Source of the DNA: Octopus bimaculoides
Lineage: Eukaryota
Length of the DNA: 45,404 nucleotides
Assembly (NCBI RefSeq): GCF_001194135.2
Contig: NC_068987.1
Location: 76,840,284 to 76,885,687, forward strand
Direction of reading: 5' to 3'
This document shows positions 12,222-24,558 of this stretch, piece after piece (positions within the stretch are counted from its first letter, which is position 1; each line of letters opens with the position of its first letter). Position numbers and translations under genes: made by a program. Below the pieces are notes generated by a model, which saw nothing but the letters and a program-made list of their open reading frames with translations, did no database searches and was not told where the DNA came from.

Positions 12222-12415
12222 AGAAATAGCAGCCAAATCTCCTTCAAAATACCCCCTATCATTTTTTTTCTTGTTTTTTTTTAAGGAATATTTGAAATGT
12301 TGTGGTCTGAGGTTCATTGCACGTAAAGAAGAAAAGATGAGGAAGTCATGACTGGAATGCCTTTGATCCTAAATTTGTTTGATCGATGTTGATACCCGAG
12401 CTAAACAGCAATAAC
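12222..12415 (+). mobile_element. Unclassified interspersed repeat (family F)
   Basis: Head AGAAATAGCAGCCAAA recurs at ~22700; tail GGAATGCCTTTGATC...GCTAAACAGCAA recurs diverged at ~13965-14040, ~23680-23755 and ~43645-43715 (minus strand). Confidence 0.55.
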
Positions 12416-12555
12416 AATGATAATGAGCATCACCATTAATACAAACTTCCTCTGCTCTTACCACCATAGTGACCATCACCACTGCTGCTAATAACAATAC
12501 TAATAAATCTATAACTATGGAATGGCTATAAACCATGTTATCTATCATTACTATA

Positions 12556-12989
12556 TATTCTTTTCTACTCTAGGCACAAGGCCCGAAATTTTTGGGGGAG
12601 GGGTCCAGTCGATTAGATCGACCCAGTACACAACTGGTACTTAATTTATCAACCTCAAAAGGATGAAAGCCAATGTTGACCTTGGCGGAATTTGAACTCA
12701 GAAAGTAAAGACAGACGAACTACTGCTAAGCATTTCGCCCAGCATGCTAACGTTTCTTATTTTTTTATTGCCCATAAGGGACTAAACATAGAGGGGACAA
12801 ACAAGGACAGACAAATGGATTAAGTCGATTACATCGACTCCAATGCATAACTGGTACTTAATTTACCGACCCCGAAAGGATAAAAGGTAAAGTCGACCTC
12901 AGCGGAATTTGAACTCAGAATGTAATGGCAGACAAAATACCGCTAAGCATTTCGCCCAGTGTGCTAACGTTTCTGCCAGCTCGCCGCCT
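12556..12989 (-). mobile_element. Two adjacent SINE family B copies of different tail subfamilies (12556-12754, 12753-12989)
   Basis: Both contain GGCGGAATTTGAACTCAG (second copy AGCGG...); tails are TAGGCACAAGGCCCGAAA versus GCCCATAAGGGACTAAAC. Confidence 0.85.
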
Positions 12990-13059
12990 CTATCAGCACT
13001 ACATATTAAAATTGACATCTTAAAACCAAGGTGCCACATAGAAACCATTGGGGTGAGTA

Positions 13060-13269
13060 CTGATGCCACAGAAAGTGCATTGGTGCTGGTGCCCTGTAAG
13101 AAGCACTGATGATGGTGCTGTGTAGAAAGCATACAATACACTCAGTGAAGGGATTGGTGTGAGGAAGGGCATCCAGCCATGGAAACGAAACCAAAACAGA
13201 CTATGGCCAGAACTTGGCCAACTCCTGTCAAGCTGTCCAACCCATGCCAGCATGAAAAACAGATGTTAA

Positions 13270-13300
<31 letters not shown>
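13060..13300 (+). mobile_element. RTE LINE 3' UTR fragment
   Basis: GTGAGGAAGGGCATCCAG...GTCCAACCCATGCCAGCATGAAAA...TTAAATGATGATG. Confidence 0.75.
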
Positions 13301-13314
<14 letters not shown>

Positions 13315-13339
13315 GTTGTGGTGGTGGTGATGATGTTAA

Positions 13340-13394
<55 letters not shown>

Positions 13395-13450
13395 GGAGGA
13401 GGAGGAGGAGGAGGAGGAGGAGGAGGATAATTATGATGATGTTGATGACT
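13270..13450. repeat. Compound (GAT)n/(GAG)n microsatellite
   Basis: Direct inspection. Confidence 0.95.
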
Positions 13451-14073
13451 TGTATTATCATCAGGATGGTAGTTTCTTTGTGCATACCCTCCACTTTGGT
13501 CACACACACACAGGTAAACATACACACATGCAAACACACACGTACATGCATGCAAACACACACATGCATGCAAGCACGCACATTTGCAAACAGACACACA
13601 GAGGCAAACACACATAGAAACAAGCATACACACACACACACACACACACATTAATAATCTATGAGGAGAAACTCTTCTGAAAAGTGACTTGATATGTTAG
13701 TAATAGCAACTAAGTTCCCTAATGTCTTAAAATAGGAAGGAAGCATAGGATAAAGTTATTTTGGATACATAACACCTGAAATGAATGAGACAGGGTGGTC
13801 ACAGTTGAGAAACCCACCTTTATTGATTTAGGTAGGAGGAAGGAGCTGTGGTCAAGGCCTTTCTAGGCCCCTTGGGAGCTAATGGGACCAGTATGGTTTA
13901 TGCTGTGCATGAAGAATTGCAGGTCAACACTTCCAGGAGACAAAGGAACAAAGAGGCATTAGGATGGTCACAGCTGAAACTTCTTTGACCAGAGGTCTGC
14001 TTGAGCAGTGTTGGCCAAGAGCTAAACAGCAATAACAACCATAAGGATCATTGCCATTGTTACTGGCTTCCCT

Positions 14074-14295
14074 GGTGGTGAACTGGCACAACAGTTAGTA
14101 TGCCAGGCAAAATGCTTAGCAGCATTTTTTTTTTTGTCTTTACGGTCTGACTTCAATTCCTGCCGAGGTGGACTTTGCCTTTCATTCTTGCAGGTTTGAT
14201 TAAATAAGTACCAGTTGTGTCCTGGGGGTTGATATTATTGATTTATTCCCTTCCCAGGAGCTGCTGGCATTGGGCCAAAATTTGAAACCATTATT
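14074..14295 (+). mobile_element. SINE family B, diverged
   Basis: GGTGAACTGGC...GCCGAGGTGGACTTTGCCTTTCATTC...AAGTACCAG. Confidence 0.75.
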
Positions 14296-14479
14296 ACCAG
14301 CTTCCTGCTCCACTACTATTACACTGTTGTACAAATGACCACCACTATGAGTATACTGGTTATGAGAGAAAGAGAAACAAAGGAGTGGAGATTATCTGAC
14401 TGGAGACGAAAGGCCAACAACTAAATCTGAAGTGCAGAGGCAATTGTAGTACCAGTAGAATTATCAGCGAGAGGACACA

Positions 14480-15190
14480 TCATGCCTGTGGACCACAATG
14501 GTTGGTGCATGTTGGTGAGTGATTTCATACTTATCAGTCCAGAGGCCTTCAAGAAGATGTAATCTAAGATGTTTCTATGTGTAGCAACAGCACCATTTCA
14601 AATGTAGAAGCAATACTCCATTGTTTGTTTCTTCAGAATTAATTGAAATTTAATCGTAGTTAAAGGTTGAAATATTTTCTGTGTATGAAGAGGTAGCCCA
14701 GTCATCGTGATACCATTTTTGTGTTGAAGATACACCTTTGTCAGGAGAGATCCACAACAGCAGTGAGGTCTAGTGTTAAGCAGCCTTCATTGAGTTGCAA
14801 GTTGTTAATGTTTAGGTGGCATTCAGTTCAATAATGTCTTCTTGAAATGTGTAATAATTGTATCTGAATTGATCCCAAGACAACTACTATTTCTACAATT
14901 ACTATATCTGATTTGGGATTAGCATTGCATAATTTATAACATGTCTTGGAAGACAGTGAATTGCACATCACCATCATCCAAACTAACTTAGTCTGCCTTG
15001 CCTCCCCCAAAACAAACGTTTATGATATTCTTTTATTTCCAGAATTAAAAAAACCCACCAAGAACATCAGTGTTGCCTATGTTTTTCCTGCAAGCATCAT
15101 CAAGCAGAAATTCCTGTTGAACAGCAACCATATTGATATCATTGGTCATAGGCACTACGAGTACAGCCCCTCCTTCCTTTTACCACTCAA
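14480..15190 (-). mobile_element. Heavily decayed LINE AP-endonuclease region (RTE-like)
   Basis: Minus-strand patches in the expected order: PKSDIVIV, EETNNGVLLL (~14634-14605), ILDYIFL (~14570-14550); many stops and frameshifts. Confidence 0.5.
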
Positions 15191-15344
15191 CACAGACTAA
15201 AACCTAGAAAGCCAGTCTAGAATGGTTTTCGGGTACCTAAGAGATGAAAAGTGGGAACTGGGAATTGCAACAATATTTGTTTGCATTTTGGACAATTTTC
15301 TAATGAATGAACAAGTTATTGATATAACATTTCCAATCATTTTA

Positions 15345-15375
<31 letters not shown>

Positions 15376-15988
15376 CTTTACATATGTATATATATATATA
15401 TATATATACATATATACATATGTGTGTATATACACATATATATATATATGTATATACATATGTATGTATATATATATACATATGTAAAGATATATATGTA
15501 TATATATGTATATATATATATGTATATATGTATATATATATGTATGTANNNNNNNNNNNNNNNNNNNNNNNNNNNNNNNNNNNNNNNNNNNNNNNNNNNN
15601 NNNNNNNNNNNNNNNNNNNNNNNNNNNNNNNNNNNNNNNNNNNNNNTAAAACGAAGACAATGCACTCTTTCCTACATATTGGAGTTAATTAATTCCAAAG
15701 TACATTAAAACTTTATTACTACAATCAAATCATTTCAAGATTATATATTCCATAATACATTTTCACACTCAGATCATTTCAAAATACATTAAACACTCCA
15801 GAGCACATAATTATAAAAATACATAAATATTCCAAGTACATAATTCCAAACGAGTTTCATTTTACATTGTAATGTACAATTTTAATTGCTAGCTACTAAC
15901 TTCGTTTAATACATAACGTGTGCACTGGAACTAGACTTGTTGTAGAATCACTAAGTAAGATGGGAGGTGATATTATATACATTGATCT

Positions 15989-16205
15989 GTGAACTGGCAG
16001 AATCATTAGCACACTGGGTAAAATGCTTAGCGGTATTTCATTCAAATTTACATTCTGAGTTCAAATTCTGCCAAGGTTGACTTTGCCTTTTACTCATTCA
16101 GGCCCAATAAAATAAATACCAGTTGAATAATTATTTTATTGAGATGTAAATTGACTATCCCACTTCCCACAAATTCCAGGTCTTGTATAGTTGAAAAGAA
16201 TATTA
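15989..16205 (+). mobile_element. SINE family B
   Basis: GTGAACTGGCAGAATCATTAGCAC...CTGAGTTCAAATTCTGCCAAGGTTGACTTTGCC. Confidence 0.8.
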
Positions 16206-16299
16206 TATATGTCAGCTAAAGCAGGTAAGAATGTAAACATTGTACTTTAACCAATCAAAAGATGGGCAAAAATATATTTTATTTATACTGATAAATGAA

Positions 16300-17072
16300 T
16301 TAAGAATAAGTATCAGTAATTGGTTTACTTTTTAAAATATAAAAAGTTTCTTTATTGATTTTCTGTCATTCTATCATATTTTCTTCACATGGATATAACT
16401 GCCTAAGTTTACATTCTCATTGCCAGATTCCTACATGTCTATTTAGATGCTCGCTGGGTTGAATTTTTCTACTGTTTTGATCATGCATTTGATGTCAGTG
16501 AATTATCATCCATTTTCTCTAAGTTACGTGCCTGTTTGACCAATATAATTCTCACCACATCCACAACATAAAATAACATAAATTGCATTTTTTAATAGGC
16601 ATTGTAAAGTTATTTTTTATTTTTAAATTTACCCATTTTTGACGTGGAACTCAAAGATCTTGTTTATATCAATACAAATTACAGAATTCAGTCTTCTGCA
16701 GTTTTTAACTTTTGTGATTTGTACGATGTTGGTAAGCAATTGGGCACTTATTAAAAGTTTCGTTCCTGAATGTAACTATTTTTACTTTTAACTATATCAT
16801 TCTTTTTTATTTTCCCTCATTTTAGAATCATGTTTTAGCCGGGGTAAATTTTGTTTTATTACAATGCCTCAATTTCCAAAGGGTTATGTTTTGAGATGGA
16901 CAGTAAATTTCTCTTTCTCTTTTGGTGTTTGCATTCCTTCAGTCACTAATATCGATCTTCTTTTTGCTTTCTATTGTATTCTGAATGAATAATGGTGGAG
17001 AACTTCTCCCAATCAGAATATCTTTTAGTTCTTTTAGTTGCTTTCTTTTGACTGTTTTGATTTTAAATGATG
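16300..17072 (-). mobile_element. Penelope-like element relic (RT C-terminal region plus GIY-YIG endonuclease)
   Basis: RKQLKELKDILIGRSSPPLFIQNTI; HNPLEIEA; IKQNLPRLKHD; KNAIYVILCCGCGENYIGQTG (IYV 16583-16575, YIG 16547-16539); SEHLN; KETFYILKSKP. Confidence 0.85.
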
Positions 17073-17392
17073 GTGCATATTCTTTTAATGTAGGTCTCAG
17101 GGAGATTCAGAATGACACAGAATGAAACAAAACTGGCCCCTTGAATTACAGGTATTGTTCATTTTTGTCAGCTGAGTGAACTGGAGCAATGGGAAATAAA
17201 GTGTCTTGTTCAAGGACATGATGCACTGCCAGGTATCAAACTAATGGCCTTATAATCATGAGCCAAATACTCTAACCACTAGGCTATGTATATCTGTGGA
17301 ATACTCAGCCACTTGGACGTTAATTTCACAAGCAGGCTGTTCCATTTGTTGGACCAACCAAAACACTCATCATTGTAATCGATGGAGTGCCA
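17073..17392. mobile_element. SINE family D with its 5' two-thirds inverted
   Basis: 17073-17289 is head plus body on the minus strand; ~17286-17392 is the tail on the plus strand; the two parts are contiguous in the intact copy 40909-41226. Confidence 0.75.
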
Positions 17393-18211
17393 GTTAGTTT
17401 TATATTCTTTGAGTTAGATGATATGGCATATCAGCTCTTGTGCATATTGGGTGGCATGAGTCTGTTGGTTTATAATATACATCTGTCTCAACCCTAATCT
17501 GTGTTTTTATAATTATTATATACCAATTCCAGCACTCGAGTCAAAGCTGTTCCTTCCAACACTGCCCAAAGTCTATTACAGTTGTGAAGAGACAGATGAG
17601 TGTATGCTAACATCGATCAGACAAGAGAAAATAAGTGTACAGTGATAAATTGAAGATGGAAAAGTACAAAAAGAACAAGCAAGGAGATAATAATGGACTA
17701 TCTTTCGACTTGGACAATAAATAAAGTAACGTATGGAGAAAAGTAGTGGAGTGCTTCATGGCCTTAAGCGCTTGTGATATCTTATTGTTTTTCCTATAAA
17801 TTTTCTTGCCTGTCTGTACCATTTTTTTGGCGATATGATTTGTAATGCAACACAGTTATCTGCAGCCACAAATATACCTTTCCATCTCTTTCTAGACACA
17901 CAAACACACACACACACACACACAAAGATACACACACATGAAGACACACATACATGCACGCAAACACATAAAGCACACAAATAAATACACATACGCACAC
18001 ATTTCCATCTTACATCCTGATGCTGTCCATCATCTTCCCCATTTTCTGTCACACACTTATTTCTCTCAGATGTAGCCCTTCTTACTCACTCTTTGATCCT
18101 ACAACATATTAGCGGGAATATGGTGGGATAACATACAGTATCAATTGTAGATATGGTGTGCAGCTGAAGCCTATAGTGGGTTAACATGAGGAATTAGCAT
18201 TGGCAAATGGC

Positions 18212-18286
<75 letters not shown>

Positions 18287-18298
18287 AATGATGATGAT
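18212..18298. repeat. (GAT)n microsatellite
   Basis: About 29 units. Confidence 0.95.
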
Positions 18299-19014
18299 GT
18301 ACCTACATGTTTGCAGTATTCTCATGCAACATAATAATGGAAGGCATTCAGTCATATAGCTTTATTGTAAACATACTAAATGAGACAGAGCACCAAATTT
18401 CTGAGAATGATTATTCAGTAGTGAAGTAAGAAAACAAATACTAGACACTGGCTAATAATACTGGCAATATTTTAACAATCAAGTGAGACAACTTTGATTC
18501 AACCATATTTCAAACTTATTTATGGCCTCATTTGTAAANNNNNNNNNNNNNNNNNNNNNNNNNNNNNNNNNNNNNNNNNNNNNNNNNNNNNNNNNNNNNN
18601 NNNNNNNNNNNNNNNNNNNNNNNNNNNNNNNNNNNNNNNNNNNNNNNNNNNNNNNNNNNNNNNNNNNNNNNNNNNNNNNNNNNNNNNNNNNNNNNNNNNN
18701 NNNNNNNNNNNNNNNNNNNNNNNNNNNNNNNNNNNNNNNNNNNNNNNNNNNNNNNNNNNNNNNNNNNNNNNNNNNNNNNNNNNNNNNNNNNNNNNNNNNN
18801 NNNNNNNNNNNNNNNNNNNNNNNNNNNNNNNNNNNNNNNNNNNNNNNNNNNNNNNNNNNNNNNNNNNNNNNNNNNNNNNNNNNNNNNNNNNNNNNNNNNN
18901 NNNNNNNNNNNNNNNNNNNNNNNNNNNNNNNNNNNNNNNNNNNNNNNNNNNNNNNNNNNNNNNNNNNNNNNNNNNNNNNNNNNNNNNNNNNNNNNNNNNN
19001 NNNNNNNNNNNNNN

Positions 19015-19071
<57 letters not shown>

Positions 19072-19545
19072 AATAGACAGAGAAACACAGAGAGACAGAG
19101 ATAGATAGATAGATAGATAGATAGATAAAGATTTCACATCCATAAAGCGCTTAGCTTTGAAACCTTTCTTACAGCCCTAAATCCGTTGGCTTATGGCCTT
19201 GTTTAGCTAAGTGCTCTATGGATGCAAAACCCCAGGTAATCCAATAACCCATCCATACCACTCTTTATCTATTACTCTACTGCTCTATAACTTAGAGTGT
19301 GCTTCTTTTTCAGATTTATGGTTTACTGGCAATATCTATATAATCATATATATATATTACAGAGATGTACTTGCATAGTAAGTGACCTGATCTGAGATCG
19401 TGAGCTGAAACAAAAACAATCGCTGCATGGAAGGTGTTTATAAGCCATTAAAAAACCCACAAAAATCATTAAATTCACTTCAACATTTGAATTTAATTTG
19501 TGAAAATATTTTCATCACTTTATACATAATTATATAGATATTCAG

Positions 19546-19598
19546 CCGATGAGAATACATCGTAGCTCTTAGATCCGGCATTTGAAACTCCGAGTACT
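19546..19598 (+). ncRNA. Candidate hammerhead-like motif (U4>C)
   Basis: CCGATGA-GAATAC...GCATTT-GAAA-CTC-C-GAG-T-A; near-palindromic stem III ACTCCGAGT, but stem I is only 2 bp. Confidence 0.35.
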
Positions 19599-19636
19599 AT
19601 TATGACAACTTACTGATTGTCCTAAACTATACATAC

Positions 19637-19671
<35 letters not shown>

Positions 19672-20562
19672 NNNNNNNNNNNNNNNNNNNNNNNNNNNNN
19701 NNNNNNNNNNNNNNNNNNNNNNNNNNNNNNNNNNNNNNNNNNNNNNNNNNNNNNNNNNNNNNNNNNNNNNNNNNNNNNNNNNNNNNNNNNNNNNNNNNNN
19801 NNNNNNNNNNNNNNNNNNNNNNNNNNNNNNNNNNNNNNNNNNNNNNNNNNNNNNNNNNNNNNNNNNNNNNNNNNNNNNNNNNNNNNNNNNNNNNNNNNNN
19901 NNNNNNNNNNNNNNNNNNNNNNNNNNNNNNNNNNNNNNNNNNNNNNNNNNNNNNNNNNNNNNNNNNNNNNNNNNNNNNNNNNNNNNNNNNNNNNNNNNNN
20001 NNNNNNNNNNNNNNNNNNNNNNNNNNNNNNNNNNNNNNNNNNNNNNNNNNNNNNNNNNNNNNNNNNNNNNNNNNNNNNNNNNNNNNNNNNNNNNNNNNNN
20101 NNNNNNNNNNNNNNNNNNNNNNNNNNNNNNNNNNNNNNNNNNNNNNNNNNNNNNNNNNNNNNNNNNNNNNNNNNNNNNNNNNNNNNNNNNNNNNNNNNNN
20201 NNNNNNNNNNNNNNNNNNNNNNNNNNNNNNNNNNNNNNNNNNNNNNNNNNNNNNNNNNNNNNNNNNNNNNNNNNNNNNNNNNNNNNNNNNNNNNNNNNNN
20301 NNNNNNNNNNNNNNNNNNNNNNNNNNNNNNNNNNNNNNNNNNNNNNNNNNNNNNNNNNNNNNNNNNNNNNNNNNNNNNNNNNNNNNNNNNNNNNNNNNNN
20401 NNNNNNNNNNNNNNNNNNNNNNNNNNNNNNNNNNNNNNNNNNNNNNNNNNNNNNNNNNNNNNNNNNNNNNNNNNNNNNNNNNNNNNNNNNNNNNNNNNNN
20501 NNNNNNNNNNNNNNNNNNNNNNNNNNNNNNNNNNNTATATATATATATATATATACATATAA

Positions 20563-20602
<40 letters not shown>

Positions 20603-21287
20603 AACAGCTCTTTTTATGAATGTTTCATTAAATACACAATATTCAAGTTTTATCTTTTAGATTTTAGATTTTTCATGTCTCATTTTCGAGGTTTGAACTG
20701 AATATATTTCGCCTTTGTCTTGTTTCTTATAAACTGATTGAATTTGTGCAAGACTTTTCCACCGAATGTTTTTTGACTATTAGCATCATTCATCAGCAGT
20801 TTTGTTTGTCACAGTCAAATTTTGAGATCTTTTTTCATGTCAGTAGCCATATGTTAATTTTATGATGCATGTATTTGCATGTTAATTTTGACAGTATTTC
20901 TGTTTATTAGTATAAAGAGGGTGAAAAAAATATGATGCTCATAAAACCTGCAGCCTTTCCCACTAGCTGTGTTAATTGTTTAATGGCAATATCAACGACT
21001 GTTTTGAGTTTTGTCATTTTTTTTTTAACAGGAGGGTGTTATAGTTTCATAATCGAGTTCAAAAATGGATGTGAGGTTAAGAAACTAATTTTGCAGCTAT
21101 GTGAATTTTGGTTTCACCCCACTACATGGCACTTTGAGTGAGTGTCTCTTCTACCATAGTCTCAAGTTGTCCAAAGCCGTGTTGGCAAACTTTCATTTAT
21201 GCAAACTGTATGGAAGCTTGTCAGAGAAAATGTTCCAATTCTTGAATGGTTTATTTAAATTATCCACCATCACATTTGGTCTTTGCT

Positions 21288-21604
21288 GTGGTGTAGTGGC
21301 ATGTAGGACTCAATTAATATTAGAACTATGGCAGTGGAATACAAGCTCCTGGTAGGGTCTTCCATGCTGGACAGATCAAGGGATAGAGGTCAGACCAATC
21401 TGGACCACCTCTACCCAGAGGTAAAAATGGGTTTGCATGGAAACTACACCCCTACCTTGTAAAATGTCAAGTTACAGAAACACCAATGACAATTCAAAAC
21501 CAACAAGGAGGAATTTGTCTTCATCAGCCCAAAGTTGAGAACAGGAGACAAAATTTATTGATGGCCGATGCTCCATAGAGAGCAAATGGCTAAAGTAAGC
21601 AAGT
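21288..21604 (+). mobile_element. Probable internally deleted RTE derivative (5'-UTR-like part joined to a 3' end)
   Basis: GGTAGGGTCTTCCATGCTGGACAG and CCCTACCTTGTAAAA resemble RTE 5' UTRs; end GATGGCCGATGCTCC..GAGCAAATGGCTAAAGTAAGCAAGT resembles RTE (AAGT)n 3' ends. Single copy here. Confidence 0.4.
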
Positions 21605-22013
21605 TGACTTAATTTGTCTCTTAGTTCAACACAAATACCAAGCCTTTATTGGAATCTGTTGCCAGAATTTAGGAGTTCAGGCCAGGACACCAGTCTGAAG
21701 AAAACTTCCTTCCCTTCCTTCCAACAGTCTGAGACACCCTGAAAATAGATTCCCATTCCTCCTTCTCCTCCTCATCCTGTGATTATCTTGTTCAACAAAA
21801 AAAAAAGATCTCAGTAAGTGCAGTATCGATGACTCTTTTGCAGTGCTTCCACAACAGGTTACAAAAAGGGAAGAGGCTATCATTTTCAGGTTGAGACGAT
21901 TTATTTAAATGCTTACAGTGAAAAGCTCTCCACAAACAAAAACGACAATGAAAAATGCATGCAAAGGTCAGTTGATGGGGCTAATAAGGGCACTAGATAT
22001 TGTCTGAGTTTAA

Positions 22014-22371
22014 CATCATCATCAACATCATTGTTTAACATCTGCTTTCCATGCTGACATGGGTTTGACGGTTTGTCTGAGGACTGGCAAGCCAGGAGGC
22101 TACACCACGCTCCAATCTGATCTGGCAAAGTTACTACAGTTGGATGCCCTTACTAATACCAACCACTCTAAGAGCGTAGTGGGAGATTTTTATGTACCAC
22201 TGGCATGGGGCCCAGCCAGGCAGCACTGGCATCGGCCACACTTGAATGGTGCTTTTTACATGCCACCAGCATGGAAGCCAGTCCAGAAGCACTGGTATCA
22301 ACCACACTCAAATGGTACTTTTTACATGCCACCGGCATGGGTGCCAGTCAGGTGACAATGGCATCAACCAC
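22014..22371 (-). mobile_element. RTE LINE 3' UTR fragment
   Basis: (CAT)n-GTTTAACATCTGCTTTCCATG...TGGATGCCCTTAC, followed by tandem UTR units. Confidence 0.8.
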
Positions 22372-22850
22372 AACAGTCATTTTACTTATGTAATATCAAC
22401 AACTGCTGTTGAAATGTTACATGATATTTCATTTATGTCAATTGTTATCTGAGGTACAGAGATTATATTAAGTGTCTCCACTAAATATAGTTTTGTCTTA
22501 AGTAGGAATGCTGACATTGGGCAGTGTTAACTATGAAATATGATGTATAAATGCCAGCTATTTCAAGTATTAAAATGTAACATAAGCTGCTTTGATTGTT
22601 GCAGACAGCATTTATTGTATTAATTGTTACAATTGATATAAAGTATATTGACTGAGACAGGCCCAAATACGACCTGTATTGTAGACGCCTGGTTTGCAAG
22701 AAATAGCAGCCAAAATTTCCTTAAATGACATCTTATAGTCCAGATACTGGTTCCATTTAAAAAGTAAGTTTCAATGTCATATGGTACCATGTAAGAAACT
22801 GGTACATGCCAGTAGCATATAATAATCATTTGCAATGGTGCCACATTATA

Positions 22851-23036
22851 GCACCAGTGCCGCTGCACATAAAAAGCACCCAGTACACTCTGTAAAGTGG
22901 TTGGCGTTAGGAAGGGCACAGAAACTGTGCCAAAACAGACAACTGGAGCCTGGGTGCAGCTCTCTGGCTACCGGCTCCTGTCAAACCATCCAATCCATGC
23001 AAGTATAGAAAACAAACATTAAACGATGCTGATGAT
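22851..23036 (+). mobile_element. RTE LINE 3' UTR fragment
   Basis: AAAAAGCACCC...GGTTGGCGTTAGGAAGGGCA...TCAAACCATCCAATCCATG...AAACGATG. Confidence 0.8.
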
Positions 23037-23075
23037 ATCGAATGAGGTATTAGATATATAACACTCTCTTTACAC

Positions 23076-23379
23076 TTTTATTCTTTTACATGTTTCAGTC
23101 ATTTGACTGTGGCCATGCTGGAGCACTGCCTTTAGTCGAGCAAATTGACCCCAGGACTTATTCTTTGTATGCCTAGTACTTATTCTATTGGTCTCTTTTG
23201 CCGAACCGCTAAGTTACAGTGACGAAAACACACCAACATTGGTTGTCAAGCAAAGATGGGGGACAAACACAGACACACAAACATATACACACACATACAT
23301 ATCCTGAGCATTATACTAATACATCCATTTGTTGTTTACAACACCTGTCTTCATCTGTTGTTTTTTCTTGAATTCTCCC

Positions 23380-23413
<34 letters not shown>

Positions 23414-23653
23414 ATAAAATATATAGTTTTAGGGAAAATAACCAATTTTGGATTTTGTCCCTAATATTATTATATATATATATATATACATATATATGAT
23501 GGGCTTCTTTCAGTTTCTGTCAACCAAATTCACTCACAAGGCTTTGGTCGGCCCGAGGCTATAGTAAAAGACACTTGCCCAAGGTGCCGCACAGTGGGAC
23601 TGAACCCAGAACCATGTGGTTGGTAAGCAAGCTACTTACCACACAGCCACTCC
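23076..23653 (-). mobile_element. SINE family A with an internal insertion (~23300-23495)
   Basis: Well-preserved head GGAGTGGCTGTGTGGTAAGTAGCTTGCTTACCAACCACATGGTTCTGGGTTCAGTCCC. Confidence 0.9.
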
Positions 23654-24009
23654 TGTGCCTACACCTGGTAAAAAAAGATGGTATAGACATAGCTGAAATG
23701 GCTTTGATCACAGGTCTGCTCATTTGAGACTGACTTGGGGTTAAACAACAATAATTACAAATAAAAGTAGCTGAGTTAAGAGCTAAAGGCACCACCACAG
23801 AAATACTACTAGGCAAGAGATGACATAATATGGCTTAAATAAATATAGATTAACGTTAATGTTTGTAACTCACCATGAAGAAAGGATGCCAGAAAATGTG
23901 CTTCTTTCCACTGTAGTTGTCAAGTGTGCCTCTAGCAAGTAACGTCTCTGTCAAACTGGAAAATTTTAGAAAAAATTTTTAATTTAAAAAAAATAATGCC
24001 AGTTAAGGA

Positions 24010-24345
24010 AGAAATTTTTTAATTTAAGCGAAAAATTAAAACTTTAAAAAAATGTAAACATATAAGGAAAGGTATAAAAATTTAAGAAAAATATGAAAAT
24101 TTAAGGAAAATTATAAAAATTTAAGAAAAATATAATGATTTAAGCTAAAGTATAAAAAGTAAAGAAAAATATAAAAATTTAAGGAAAAGTGTAAAAATTT
24201 AAGAAAAATATAAAAATTTAAGGAAAAGTATAAAAATTAAAGAAAAATATAAAAACTTAAGGAAAAGTATAAAAATTAAAGAAAAATATAAAAATTTAAG
24301 AAAAAGTATAAGAATTTAAGAAAAATATTAAAAGTTGTAGAAAAC
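24010..24345. repeat. AT-rich minisatellite of alternating 19- and 20-bp units
   Basis: AAAATTTAAGAAAAATATA alternates with AAAATTTAAGGAAAAGTATA, roughly 16 monomers. Confidence 0.9.
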
Positions 24346-24373
24346 ATCAAAATTTAGTTAGTACATTGTACAG

Positions 24374-24558
24374 GAGCCATTTAGTAACACAAAAGCTGTA
24401 ATTTATTTGATGAGGTGTTGAAATTTTCTTTGCACAATGTGACACAGTTCTTGTGTCAATGACCAGGTTGCTGCTGTACGATGAAAATTTTGACACCTCA
24501 TGGAATAAATTTTAATTTAAAGTGAATTGAACAGCTTTTGTGTGCAATTAAATGGCTC
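24374..24558. repeat. Imperfect ~185-bp fold-back
   Basis: GAGCCATTTA..CACAAAAGCTGT vs ACAGCTTTTGTG..TAAATGGCTC, and GAGGTGTTGAAATTTTC vs GAAAATTTTGACACCTC. Confidence 0.8.
24453..24496 (+). ncRNA. Decayed minimal hammerhead-like motif (A3/C8 core)
   Basis: GTGTCA-ATGACCA-G-GTTGC-TGCTGT-ACGAT-GAAA-AT-T-T-TGACAC; perfect 6-bp stem I and palindromic AATT stem III. Confidence 0.5.

Noticed and set aside
21032-21075. Exon after a strong acceptor (TTTTTTTTAACAG)
   Set aside because: Short, with one open frame, no recognisable product and no linked exon.
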